Origin: Paraspadella gotoi
Lineage: Eukaryota; Animalia; Chaetognatha
DNA length: 64,000 nt
Assembly (NCBI GenBank): GCA_051294375.1
Contig: CM119271.1
Span: 1,805,395-1,869,394, forward strand
Reading direction: 5' to 3'
Position 1 is the first letter of the stretch, and each line of letters opens with the position of its first letter. The notes beneath the pieces are model-generated. The model had not been told where the DNA came from. It ran no database searches and saw only the letters and a program-made list of their open reading frames with translations. Of this stretch, positions 34,703-48,355 are shown piece after piece. Made by a program: the position numbers and the translations under genes.

Positions 34703-36542
34703 TAGCATCAACGAGAGGACTGAAGCGATCTGCCCGCGGGAGGCGAAGGCGACTGGAGGAGCAGCAGGAGAGCGGCAGGAGAGCAGCAGGAGAGAGGGAG
34801 GAGATCGAGAGATCCCATGGGCTCACCCAACGAATAAGACTGAAGGAGAGTTGGGGGAGCCAATGAGAGGGATCGTGACTTTGAGTTGAGAGAGAAGATC
34901 TGTAGAGATTCATTCTGTTCTCCATCGTCCTAGTGTTCATGTCTCGTTCTAACCTTCTTTAGTTGTGTAAATAAATACTCTGTATTTTTGACCACATTTG
35001 TCTTCGCGTTAATGTGTGCGGCGCGGATGGAATCATCCGCATCAACGAACGACGCGGATCGAATGAGAGCCCTGAAAGGAAGTCAATGCCCAGGGGAAAG
35101 CAATGCCGAAGAAATCCAAGCATCTTCGGGGAAGGACAGAATGCGTCGCCAACTGCATTATCGCCTTCCAAGGCGACTCGGTAAAACTGGAATCGATCGA
35201 AAAGTGTAACATCGTCTGCAGCCCAAGGCTAAAAGAGAGCCTTCGCGGTACGACTCAGCGGCCCTCCACACAACTGAGAGGATGCGGAGTCGAAGCGAGA
35301 CCAACATCATCGCCACACTTCTTCGTAGCAAGCCAGATGATCGCGACGCGAGAAGAGATGACAACGCACTCGACGCCCTCATCGAAAACGCCTCGGCGTT
35401 GGCATCAAGAAACCAGGCGAGAATCGACCGACTCACTGATGCCATGAGGCATGAACTTTGCGTTCCCGTGCGGCGAGGCGCGCATTGCCGCCGAAAAAGC
35501 GCATAAACTCCCCGGCCGCGATAACCTTTATCGACCCTGGAAAAATCGCAATCCTATGCGGTGAACTGCTAATCACCGCGAGGTGCAAAAGAACTCTAGC
35601 CCTGCGAAGACAAACACAGAAATGCTACCAAGGACTTACCAGTGAGCTTCAGAGGACGAAGGTATTCAAACACTCCATCTTCCATCACCTCATAGAATCA
35701 TCACTTGAGACGCCATGCTATCCGCCGCCGGTGTACGAGATCGGAGGAAACTTTCTGGATAACAACGGACAGATTTTCAAGAAGTACAATGTTCTCCGCA
35801 CAACTCTACCAAACAAACAAGAACACGTTTTCGAAAGAAGGAAAGATCTACGAAGATGTCGGCTACTTTATCGATCTACACTCCAAATACATCACAGAAA
35901 GACACGAATTCACTCAACAGATGGGAGAAATTACCGACGGATCCCCGGCATCTTTTTTCCAAAAGATGTTTGGCAAAACGGAGCTGGTGTCCTGGTGGAA
36001 CACCTTCGCAAACTTCGCACCTCCCATCGCGATCATCTCCGTCGTCGTGATCATCGCTGTTTTATTTGTGTTGCTGCTGCTGCCCTTGCGCAGTCAAATG
36101 TGTTGCGGCAACAAGCCGAAGCCGTCGCGGATTACGCCATCGGCATCGGAGGACAACATCCGCCGCAGTAGCCCGAAAGTGTAGGCTCCTCGGTGAAAAT
36201 AAGACTCACCTCCTTCGCCTCTGGAGCGGGGGTGGCATCAACGAGAGGACTGAAGCGATCTGCCGGGGAGCGAAGGCGACTGGAGGAGCAGCAGGAGAGC
36301 GGCAGGAGAGCAGCAGGAGAGAGGGAGGAGATCGAGAGATAGCCCATGGGCTCACCCAACGAATAAGACTGAAGGAGAGTTGGGGAGCCAATGAGAGGGA
36401 TCGTGACTTTGAGTTTGAGAGAGAAGATCTGTAGAGATTCATTCTGTTCTCCATCGTCCTAGTGTTCATGTCTCGTTCTAACCTTCTTTAGTTTGTGTAA
36501 ATAAATACTCTGTTATTTTGACCACATTTGTCTTCGCCGTTA
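34703..36542 (+). mobile_element. Env-only LTR retroelement (LTRs 34703-35011 and 36233-36542)
   Basis: ~310-bp near-identical direct repeats containing AATAAA. A polypurine tract ggagcggggg (36223-36232) lies just before the 3' LTR. The element interrupts the host repeat cttcattgata|gggagccagg with a duplicated ttga(ta). No gag/pol and no obvious PBS. Confidence 0.85.
35012..36184 (+). pseudogene. Class III viral fusion glycoprotein (chuvirus G / herpesvirus gB-like), C-terminal ~390 aa, frameshifted
   Basis: Pieces ..IDRLTDAMRHELC..INSPAAITFIDPGKIAILCGELLITARCKRTLALRRQTQKCYQGL..HHLIESSLETPCYPPPVYEIGGNF.. are followed by the TM segment IAIISVVVIIAVLFVLLLL and a short Cys-containing tail. 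The PG..A..GE...C..R.T..CY and C..P.Y.I.G pattern is typical of this family. Confidence 0.7.
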
Positions 36543-39125
36543 TTGATTAGGAAGCCAGGTACTCTGTAAGTGAATAAACGAGACTGTGAGAGAGTTTTGA
36601 TTGAAAGTTGAATGCTGCCAGTCGCCTGATGCCAGCTTAGATTCGACGGCGATTCGTTGTTGCTCGCAGTGTTTCGACGGCGCCCTTGGGATCGTTGTCG
36701 AATGGCCGCAAAAAAATCTATTAAAAAAAAAAAAAAGACCCAAAAAAAAAAATCAAACCAAAACAGAAAGGACTTTAACAGATAGAAAGAAAAAAACGAG
36801 AAAAAAAAAAACAGAATAGAAACAATGGAACGGTAAAGAAATACAAAAAAAGATAGAAAACATGCGAATAAAAATAGGACCATAATTTAATAAAAAACAA
36901 AAAAAACAGAGCAAACGAAAAAAGAAGAAAACACAATTTACCAGAAAAGAACAAAACAAAAACAACAGGAGAACTCTAAAAATAGAATAATAATATAATA
37001 AATAAAAAACCAATTCACCAGAGTTGACATGACTCGACTTCATTTATTATATTAATTATTTAATATTTTATATTATTATTATTATTTCTGCTTCTGCCCA
37101 AAGTTTTCCCTCACTTTTCCAGTTGATCGTAAGATGCGGACTGTGCCCCATGAAACTGTCACCGAGCGTTTCAGCTAATTTTTGGGGAAGTAAACCAAAA
37201 CATGCGAAAATCAAAACAACAAGATCTTCATTTACCATCTAGCTAAGAAAGTATATCATTTTTTATGAAAGGTATTTACTCGAACCTTATTAGATTTTTT
37301 TATTTTTTTATTAGTTTTTATATTTTAGCTATACCAAAAGGTAACTGCACATTTTGTTGGTTTATAAAAGTATTATATAGCTCTCGAAAAGAGGGAAAGA
37401 CTTGGTCTCCATCATTCTACCATTTCAAAATTCTTATTGCCTTAAATATACAAAATTATTTATGTGGCTTTTGTGTCTGGGAAAATCAAAGCTATAGCAA
37501 GAAGTAGTCGATGCCGAATGAGAGTGACATACTAAAATATTAAGCATATTTTACTATATTTATATATATTTTTAAATAATAAATGGCTTTTAAAATTATA
37601 TGATTATACTTTTTGCCTTGAGTTTTTACATTCATTCGTTTCCTCCGTCTTTATTTATTCCATCGCCTACTCTCGAGAAATACGGAGTTTTACGTGGATT
37701 AAGAAAGTTGCAGAGGAACATAACATCGCGGCAGACTAAGGACGGGTTAGGGCTCTTTGTTTATTAGATCACTCAATATTGGGCCGGCGATTTGGTAAGT
37801 TCTCCTTCGTTGTTTCCGTAGAAAGGGTAAGACTTCTCTCCGAGTCTGTTAATTCCAGGAAGGCCCATATTTGAGTTGGGGAATTCAGGATGCTGAATTC
37901 CCAGTTGTTGTATCTGCGTATAGATAAACTTTTTCTTAACATTTTGTAATCTTCGCCAAAAACAAATTATATTTAACGATAAAACATGTTGTAGCTGGTC
38001 GCTATGTCCAGTTTTGTTCTATTAATTTAGTAAGTTACCTACCGGCCGCCGAAAAATGCCAATCTGGCACCTAACAACTCTTGGAACTCACACGTTGACG
38101 AATGAGATGTATTTGCAAGATTGAATCCACCCGGATCGTCCAGATTTGACTTGAGAGGAACTTGAAGAGAGATTGAAGTCGGGGCATTAAGGCAATAAGG
38201 CATTAAGGCAATAAAGGCATTTAAAGGCATTAAATCGAAGACTTGCGTTGTATGTTTGGTTGTGTTGTTGATTATTTCTTTAATTTGTTTATGTTGGTTT
38301 GTTGGTTTTTTTTGTGATATTTTTGTGGTATCTTTTGTTTTTTTGTTTTTTGTGTAATTTGTTTCTTTTTTTTTCGGTTTTGTTGTTTTTTTGCTGTGAT
38401 TTGTTTTATATTGTTCAGTTTTTATCGTGTTGTTTGTTATGTATTCGTGTAGGTTTTATTTCGTGTCGTGGTCAGTTCACCTGGCGGTTAGAGTGACTTT
38501 TAGCTTGGCAGCGCCATCGTCGGCGTTCTGTGATAAAGTGGAAATATAGCTTCAGGACTGCTTGTCACGATCTTGTAAGAGGATGAGGCCCTTAAACCTC
38601 AATGCCTGTCCAAAGTCAGGGGCAATGATAGCTTATTTATTAAATGAATGGATAATTTTTATATTGTTTGTTACGAATTTCATAAAATTCAGCTCCTTGT
38701 ATTTAATGCTAGTGTGGTTACAATAAGTATTCCCCTGATCTAATACTTAATGGAGTTGTCTTTTCATACAATGAAACATTCTTTGATAATAATTTCCACT
38801 TCTTGATAGGGGCCAGCTACCTGGAAGTGAATAAACGAGACTGTGTAGAGAGATTTTGATTGAAAGCTTTCAGGGACCTGCTATGCATTATCTTGTAAGA
38901 GATGATGGAGGCCTTAAACCACCAAAGCCTGTCCGAGTCGAGGGCAAGATAGCCTTATTTATTAAATGACATGATAATTTTATATTGGTTGTACCAATTT
39001 ATAAAATTCAGCTCCTTGTATTTTGATGCTAGTGTGGATTACAATAAGTATTCCCCGATCTATACTTAATGGATTGGTCTTTCATCAATTGAAACATTCT
39101 TTGAAATATTTTCCACTTCATTTGA

Positions 39126-40961
39126 TAAGCATCAACGAGAGACTGAAAGCGATCTGCCCGCGGAAGGAAGCGACTGGAGGAGCAGCAGGAGAGCGGCAGG
39201 AGAGCAGCAGGAGAGAGGGAGAGTCGAGAGATAGCCCATGGGCTTCACCCACACGAATAAGACTGAAGGAGAGTTGGGGAGCCAATGAGAGGATTCGTAC
39301 TTTGAGTTTGTGAGAGAGAAGACTGTAGAGATTCATTCTGTTCTCCATCGTCCTTAGTGTTCATGTCTCGTTCTAACTCTTTAGTTTTGTAATTAAATAC
39401 TCTGTATTTTGACCACATTGTCTTCGCGTTAATGTGTGCGGCGCGGATTGGAAATCATTCCGCATCAACGACGACGCGGACGAATGAGAGCGCCTGAAAG
39501 AAGTCATGCCAGGAAGCAGAGCACCGATAGAAATCCAAGCATCTTCGCGGGAAGGACGAATGCGTCGCCAAGCATTACGCCTTTCCAAGGCAGACTCTGG
39601 TCAAAAACTGGATCGATCGAAAAGTGGTAACATCGTCTTGCAGCCCAAGGCTAAAAGAGACCTCGCGGTACGACTCAGCGGCCCTCCACACAACTGAGAG
39701 GATGCGGAGTCGAAGCGAGACAACATCATCGCCACACTTCTTCGTAGCAAGCCAGATGATCGCGACGCGAGAAGAGATGACAACGCACTCGACGCCCTCA
39801 TCTGAAAACGCCTCGGCGTTGGCATCAAGAAACCAGGGCGAGAATCGACCGACTCACTGATGCCATGAGGCATGAACTTTGCGTTCCCGTGCGGCTGAAG
39901 GCCGCGCATTGCCGCCGAAAAAGCGCATAAACTCCCCGCCGCGATAACCTTTATCGACCCTGGAAAAAATCGCAATCCTATGCGGTGAACTGCTAATCAC
40001 CGCCGAGGTGCAAAAGAACTCTAGCCCTGCGAAGACAAACACAGAAATGCTACCAAGGACTTACCAGTGAGCTTCAGAGGACGAAGGTATTCAAACACTC
40101 CATCTTCCATCACCTCATAGAATCATCACTTGAGACAGCCATGCTATCCGCCGCCGGTGTACGAGATCGGAGGAAACTTTCTGGATAACAACGGACAGAT
40201 TTTCAAGAAGTACAATGTTCTCCGCACAACTCTACCAAACAAACAAGAACACGTTTCGAAAGGAAGGAAAGATCTACGAAGATGTCGGCTACTTTATCCG
40301 ATCTACACTCCAAATACATCACAGAAAGACACGAATTCACTCAACAGATGGAGAAATTACCGACGGATCCCGGCATCTTTTTTCCAAAAGATGTTTGGCA
40401 AACGGAGCTGGTGTCCTGGTGGAACACCTTCGCAAACTTCGCACCTCCCATCCGCCGATCATCTCCGTCGTCGTGATCATCGCTGTTTTATTTGTTGCTG
40501 CTGCTGCCCTTGCGCAGTCAAATGTGTTGCGGGCAACAAGCCGAAGCCGTCGCGGATTACGCCATCGGCATCGGAGGACAACATCCGCGCAGTAGCCCGA
40601 AAGTGTAGGCTCCTCGGTGAAATAAGACTCACCTCCTTCGCCTCTGGAGCGGGGGTGGCATCAACGAGAGGACTGAAGCGATCTGCCGGGGAGCGAAGGC
40701 GACTGGAGGAGCAGCAGGAGAGCGGCAGGAGAGCAGCAGGAGAGAGGGAGGAGATCGAGAGATAGCCCATGGGCTCACCCAACGAATAAGACTGAAGAGA
40801 GTTGGGGAGCCAATGAGAGGGATCGTGACTTTGAGTTGAGAGAGAAGATCTGTAGAGATTCATTCTGTTCTCCATCGTCCTAGTGTTCATGTCTCGTTCT
40901 AACCTTCTTAGTTGTGTAAATAAATACTCTTGTTATTTTGACCACATTTGTCTTCGCGTTA
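39126..40961 (+). mobile_element. Second copy of the env-only LTR element (LTRs ~39126-39431 and 40656-40961)
   Basis: Same structure, PPT and insertion site, inside the duplicated unit. Confidence 0.8.
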
Positions 40962-41724
40962 TTGATAGGAAGCCAGGTACTCTGTAAGTGAATAAACGAG
41001 ACTGTGAGAGAGTTTTGATTGAAAGCTTTCAGGGACCTGCTATGTCATTATCTTGTAAGAGTGATGGAGGCCTTAAACCACCAAAGCCTGTCCAAAGTCA
41101 GGGCAAGATAGCTTATTTATTAAATGAATGGATAATTTTTATATATTGGTTGTACCAATTTCATAGACTAAAAATCCACTTTCTTCGTGAAAAGTTTTTT
41201 TTGGGGAGGCGGGGGGGGAATCTAAAGGGTGGGGCTTACAATCGGTCCTTTGTGGGGCGGGGTGCGGNNNNNNNNNNNNNNNNNNNNNNNNNAGTGAGGC
41301 GAGGGGGCAGAAGGGAAAAGTGAGGCTCAAGTTTTCAGTGCAAACTCATTCCTCTTCGCAGCGACAGCGAGGTGACTTACCGAGGCTTTCACAAAAATCA
41401 CTCGACCTCGCCTCGTCGAGTCGCCTTACAAATTCACAGAAAAAGGCAGGAAGGCGAAAAAGAGTGAACGAGGGTGAGTTGGTGAGTGAAAGCGAGACGA
41501 CCTCACCTTTTCGGTCAATCTTCTTTCTCCGTCGTTAATCACGTCGGAAATCGCTCGAGGGGCGAAAACATTTTTCACGAACCTGAAAAACATGACTTTT
41601 TCGCTTTTTTCTCCGATTTTCGTTGGATTCGGATTCCGATAAACTTCCAAGACGACTGGAGTCGATTGAGGGGGGGGATTATGAGAGAGAACAAGGATCT
41701 ATTACATTACTGAATAATCAATAT

Positions 41725-42050
41725 GTTAACTCGATAAGTCACTTTTCGGTCGGTCTGACTGTCGGTATGTCTGTCCGTCGGTCTGTCCCACTTATGTTAA
41801 AAATGCTCATAACTTTTATATAGTTGGTTGCTCATTTGTCAAGACAGGAAACAACATCGAATCTAAAGGACTGCTAGCGCCGCCCTTAGGAAATCCTAAA
41901 ACGATAAAGAATAAAACACAAAATTCCGGCTAAGAAAGTTATTGCAGTCGTATCATATCATGTTATGTCATGTCTTGTCATGTCACATGAAATACACATA
42001 ATAAGGCAGTAACTTTGGCGCAACACATTAGAATTACCGTTATTGTTTTA
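41725..42050 (+). mobile_element. HINE/DINE-like repeat family (other copies 44100-44352, 59150-59542; inverted 48660-48820, 50025-50190, 61930-61985, 63885-63935)
   Basis: Shared cacttttcggtcggtctg..(gtcc/gtct)n..gttgctcatttgt..ggaaatcctaaa..(gtcat)n..ggcgcaacacatt..accgtt.ttgtt. Confidence 0.7.
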
Positions 42051-42133
42051 GTGTGAACATGTTTTTCCCTTTTCACTTGAATCTTATCTCATTATTATTA
42101 TTATTATCTTATTCTCGATATCCGCATTTCACC

Positions 42134-42412
42134 GAGTTTATCTTTCATTCTCAATCCGGTATTTTCTTCCACTCTCAACACCTTCTCGCTTCCACTGTCA
42201 ACTCTCTCCTTCACTCCACTCCCCGCACCCAACAACGACTCACCCTTCAACTCCTTGACGAACTGCTTGGGATCCTCCAACGCCGCCGCCGCCGCCGACC
42301 CCCACACCCTCCCCATTTTTATTTTGGTCAAATCGGCGGAGGGCGAGCGAGGAAAAGCGGAAAAGGAGAGGGGAGAAAATCGGGCGTGACACGGGCCCGG
42401 TACTTCGTCCCC
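42134..42412 (-). CDS. Possible exon of an unidentified gene
   Basis: GC-rich open frame after an acceptor-like ccccaaccgcag. No recognisable domain. Confidence 0.3.
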
Positions 42413-44603
42413 TGCGGTTGGGGTAAGTTCGTTTTTGTGAAGGTGAGTTAAAGCGAATCGTAGTGCAATCACGGTCGTAATCGTCCGTCTGTTCGTCCGT
42501 CTGTCCTTACATCAATTCGCTAATCTTTCAATCAATTCCATTACGTTTCAGTTTAATTAATTCATTCGTTCATTCATTCATTCATTCATTCGGATTTTTA
42601 TTCGTTTATCTATTTATCCATCAATTCATCTATACATTCATCCATCCATCGATCCCTCCGTCCTTCTATCCAATATCCGTCCATCCATCCATCCATCCAT
42701 CCATCCATCCATCCATCCATTCCACCTTTTACAAGATGGATTTGATATCCCCTGCAATTTCTCCTGTTTGTCTTTGGATGCGGACGCGAAACGTTTCCTC
42801 CCATCGCTTTTTCTTTCCTTTTTTTGTTTCTTTGAGTTTTATTTATTAATTGTTTGTTTTTCTTTTGTTCTCTTTTCTTTAAAAAATAGATTTTCTCGCG
42901 TAGAATTTTGCGATTAAGTTTTAGTCAATTACATACGAAGTTCTCAAACCGAGCGACGAAAATCAATATTTTTGTCTTCACAATTCTCTCGTTTCCCAGT
43001 GAATGTTTCCTATAAATTTTCCGAAACTTTTATTTCGTTCCGCCAAGGAAACGTAGCGACGACAATGTTTTCAGATTTTGATTTTCTTATTTTTATTCCA
43101 ATCGTATTAAATAAAAATATTCCATTTTTTTTCAATTCTTTTTTTCCAATTTTTAGTAGGGTTTATAAGAATTTTAACGGGTTAAGTTTAACTTTAAGCG
43201 AAATTTTGAGATAGAATATTGAATCATGATTCAAGAGGTTTTTTTTTTAACTTAGTTTAATTCCATCATGCCGAAGGGGGAAAAATAACGAGAAAATTAT
43301 TTACAATAATCGAAACTTTTAAATCTGCTGATATTTTATTTGATTTTTTAAAATTTTTATTAATACTTAAGAGAGTGGTCTTTTCATACAATTGAAACTT
43401 TCTTTGAAATATTATACTACTTCATTGATCGGGAAGCCAGGTACTCTGGGAGTGAATAAACGAGACTGTGAGAGAGTCTTGATTGAAAGCTTGCAGGGAC
43501 CTGCTATGTCATTATCTTGTGATGGAGGCCTTAAACCACCAAAGCCTGTCCAAAGTCAGGGGCAAGATAGCTTATTTATTAAACGAATGGATAATTTTTA
43601 TATTGGTTTTACCAATTTCATATTTTTATTTTTTTGGTACATAATAATAATATTCCAGAATCTATATTCCGCGAGAAAAAACCCCGGACTCTTAAAAAAA
43701 AAGAAAAAAAAGAAAAGCGAACCGTCGTTTACGCGCAACATTAAAACTTTAAACTTTACATCCTCTACTTTAATAAACTTAAATATTTCGAAAGAAGTTT
43801 AATATAAATCCCCTGTCATCGTCGTTTCGTTTCTTTGTTCCATGTCGTCGCTCCGTGTCATCATCTCACGCAATCACCTCATGTCATCATCCCGTTGTCA
43901 TCGCCCTCTGTCAGCGATTATCCCAAATTTTCGAAAAAGAATTAGTTGATCGCCACTCGAAACGAAGTTGACGCGACCTTTAAAAGGAAAAATACAACAA
44001 CAACAACAACAACAAAAACAACAACAACAACAACAACAACAAAAACAACAACAACTAAAGACAGGATCGATCACAACAACGATAATCTCCCTCTCCATGT
44101 TCTTGGTCGGTCTGTCGGTCGGTAAGTCTGTCCATCCGTCTGTCCCACTTTCGTTAAAACTATTCATAACTCGCCTATAGTCAGTTGCTCATTTGTTAAG
44201 ACGTTGAAAAACCTAAACTCTAAGTGACTGCGAGCGCCTCCTTCAGGAAATCCTAAAGAATAAAAAACGGAATTCCAATGCAGTGGTATTATAAATATAA
44301 GGGTTTAGAAAGTCACTTCGGCGCAACACATTGGATGGACCGATCTTGTTCTATTAAATGTTTGAAAAACTTACCAGTTCCCAACGTGATCCGGGTTCTC
44401 GACGCTGTATCCAAATTTCATGCGAGACAATTTCTTGACAATTTAAATGACATGTCCGTCATTTACTTGCCTATGGAATCCGTGTAAAATAATTAGTACG
44501 ACGTCTCGATACCTTCTCGAGTAATATACTTGGAGTATAATTGGGTAGCGAGTCTGTATGAATTTTACTATGGATTCAATGTGCCCTACCTCCACCCTTC
44601 CCC

Positions 44604-44690
<87 letters not shown>

Positions 44691-45989
44691 CTTCTCGAGT
44701 TATTGGTTGCGTCGACAGATTCGATCTTTTGTCCCTCGGAGAAAATCTTATAAAAATAAGAAGAAAATAAAAAAAAAGAAAGAAAAAAAATAAACTTTAA
44801 AAATAAAAACGCAATAAAAAACTGACCCCCCCTCCTAAAAAATTCAATTTAAAACAAAAGGGACGCGATAGATTATAAAAATAGGCTCTATTTCGTAAAA
44901 GCGCCACATTTCTGTTCCTTAATACTTGAGCTTAATTTTAACCATAACATTTAACGCTAATCCATAACCCTAATCCTTAATCTAAACCTAATCCATAACC
45001 TAATCTCTAACCTAATCCTTTAACGTAATCTAATATAATCTTTGAATTAAAAAACAAACTTAATTCAAAATTAAGGCAAAGAAAAAAAAAGAAAATCCCC
45101 CCGAATAAAAAAAAACAACATAATATTGGGTAGTAAATTAACTTATATTAAAAAAAAATATGGTTACTAACTGCGAAGAAAACCCGAGTTAAGAGAGACA
45201 ATAAATAAAATAAAACCGGAAGGAAAGAGGAAGATAAACGAGAAAATAAATATTAATAATTTAACGGGAAAAAAAATGGCCGACTTTTTTTAACTTTAAA
45301 GATTTAAAAAAAATAGATTTCAGGAATTATTTTTAATATAAGTAAAGAGGATAATAACGAGTGAAATCAAAATATATATAGAGACGAGAGAGTAGATGTT
45401 TTATAAAGTATCATCAATATAAATAAACAATAAATAAACAATCATCAATATAAATATCATCATACCTGAATTAATATGACTATTAAAGTTATAAAGCAAA
45501 GGGAAAATATTGAATATGAGATATGAGATATGAGATATGAGATATGAGATTCAAATATTTCGTCATAAATTTCGTCTTCAAATTTAGGCCGAAATATTTT
45601 AAACATCGTGTTTTTGCATTTAGCACAATAGATCTCATTATGAAAATAAATATGTTTATATTTTCAGACAACGAAAGGTCAGTGGGAGGTTCTCACGGAA
45701 GGACGAACTCCCGGACGGACAAACGAAGTGACTTAATGAGTTTTATTCGCGCAGCTATTAAAAAAAAAATAATCTTGGTAGCCAGAGAAGCCACCGAAGA
45801 TTTAAACTTGGAGAAATTCTGGTTTATGTCAGTCAAAAACTCTCGATGGGCGGAGATGAAGGGCTGGTGTCCGGTTTCGGCGCCGGACTGGGTTCAAGGC
45901 GGTTGAGTTGGGATAGGGTTAGCATGTGATTGGAGAGTCTGCAAAAATATCTTACAAAAATGTATTTTTAAATTTTAACAATTAATGAT

Positions 45990-46205
45990 AAGGCGCTACG
46001 TGGGCTGAAGATGACTGTCCGTAACTTCTATAACCCCCTCTAGCAGCCATGGAACGGGTCCTTGGGCATGGAACCAGGCTTGAGGGTTTGCCATGCCCCC
46101 AAGACGGCTTACGGCTTACCGCAGGGTAGGTACCTGGATGGGATTGAACCCGGTGCGTAGTGGTCATGAGCTGATGGCTTTACTCAATGAGCCACCGGGT
46201 CACAC
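45990..46205 (-). mobile_element. tRNA-derived SINE
   Basis: The minus-strand head GACCCGGTGGCTCATTGAGTA (A box) and GGGTTCAATCCC (B box) are present. The body is shared with 60090-60315. Confidence 0.7.
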
Positions 46206-48283
46206 CTGAAAGTATCATGATTCTTGGCGGGGTGAACCTAGGCAATGCCCGACTACAAATGCTCATTAGCACAATGTTGTTCACTTTTAGAAGTTCAATT
46301 AAAGTTAAATTTAGGATTATTTCTAGTTTTCTACGCTTTATTCGACATCGTGTGAATATTCTTTTTTTTTAATTCTTATATTTTGTCGTCTGTTTTTAAC
46401 ATTATGTGTCGTAAGGAAGTGTCCAAGAGAAAAGGTTGTCGCCATCCTGACGGTGCCAAAACTTAGAGTGCCCCACAAGGTCTTGGAGGATTTTCCGTCA
46501 ATTGAACTGCTACCGCTCTTTCTCAAGGACCGTTCCGTCCCGGGATAGATCTCAGCTACTGAGTGTCGGAGGCGCGGCGTGAGCCTAATTCATTATTAAG
46601 GTTCTTGGGTTTGAAACGGTTATATCCGACGGGTAGTGATATTAATTTTATGATTCACTTTAACTCCTAAAAAGCTAAACATATTCTGATTGTGAAAGTC
46701 ATCCACCAACCTATCAACTTGCTGATTGTGATAAATCACCGGTCAATCACCAATCAGTATCATATGTCAGTTTATGACACGTATTCGCTAAAGACGATAA
46801 CTCTCTTTCAAAAATCGACCGTCTATCATTATAATCACCATCGTCATCATCATCATCATAATCATCATCCTCTTTCTTTACCGATCAACTCCAACAATTA
46901 ATGAGTTTTCTTTCGTTACTTTTTCTTCTTCCTTTTGTGGTTCGATGAAAAGACGAGGCTTTCGAAAGAGATAGGGGGTAGTATGAGGGGCAAACTGGGG
47001 CGAGTAGAGTGGTAGACACCCTCGAAAAAGCCGAGGGGCCCGGGCTCTTAGGGGGGCTTGGAAAAAGCTCATAGGGTTAAAAAAAAATTATATGAAAAAT
47101 CATAAAAGAAAAAATAGCTTCTTGCTAAGTTGCTTTCAGGCAGGCCCGGGCCTTTAAAGTGGAGGGCTCCGCCATTTCTCTCCACCCCGAGCTGCGGGGT
47201 CGATTTTCCTACCCCCCTATCCTCTTGGGGGTTCGCTGTAGGTCGGGGACCCGGGGAACGGATTTGGGAATAAAGATCCTGAGATACATAAGATCCGAAG
47301 AAGGACAAACTGACTTTGGGGGAGGCAAGATGTTAAAACATCGCTCGTTTCTGCATTGTGCCTTTAGAGGACGCTGAACACTGGATGGCGCCGACGATGG
47401 ATTGTCGGGTGGATTGAAAGTTGACAGTTAAAAAAAAATTCAGTTTCTGCTTACCGCTAATGATTCTGGGCAGATCTGGCATTTTTATCTCAAACTTGTT
47501 TATAAATGTGGAGTCAACTAAATTAAAAGTTCGTTCCTCTATCTAGATATGATATTTCAATGTTTCTGACTTTCTGATTTAACCTCTATACCTTTTTTTT
47601 TATTAACACCAAAAACAGTATTTGCAGGAAATGAATTCTTTTTTTTTTTCTTTTTTTTTCACAAGGATTTTGAAAAATCCTATGCAAAATCAATTTTAAT
47701 CAAATTAGATCTTTTTTTAGTATCAAAATTTATCGAACAAGCCATTCGTTGGTATTTATAAACCTTTAATTTTTTTTCCCTCTGTTGCGTCCTCTTGGCG
47801 TCGCCCACTTCGGGTGAGAAAAAAANNNNNNNNNNNNNNNNNNNNNNNNNATGTAATTTTGATTAGGACCTCTCTAATAGATATTCTTTTTAAAGAAAAG
47901 AGTATTGATCTCGAAAAAAAAGGTTATGTTTAAAAGTCTAATGGCACAAACTTTTTTAAACTTCTCGCGTACTGCAATATGCAAATGAGATTAAGAGAAA
48001 AACTTTTGACTTTAATCGAGCGGAGCTCGCACAGATACGACCGGCGAGGGGGTTTCGTGGTTTACTAGACGGGGTAAATGAGGTGGGGAAAGGTGTTGGG
48101 GAAAACGTAAAAAGGGGGTGGGAAAAGGGGGGGGGTGGGAAAGGGATGGGGGAAAACGTATAAAAGGGGCGGTAGTGGTGTTCATGATTTGGCTGGATAA
48201 ATTTTTTTTTTTCTCCTTAAGGGCAGCGGCTCTGAAAAGAGTTGAAAGACGATCCAACCAGACGAGGGTGGAGAGAGGAGAGA

Positions 48284-48289
<6 letters not shown>

Positions 48290-48355
<66 letters not shown>

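Larger units (their letters stand above)
32161..41027. repeat. Tandem duplication of a ~4.45-kb unit (32161-36608 / 36609-41027)
   Basis: The second unit restarts at ttgaatgc..gtcgcctgatgc at 36609 and is colinear with the first. It carries many 1-bp indels. Confidence 0.9.
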
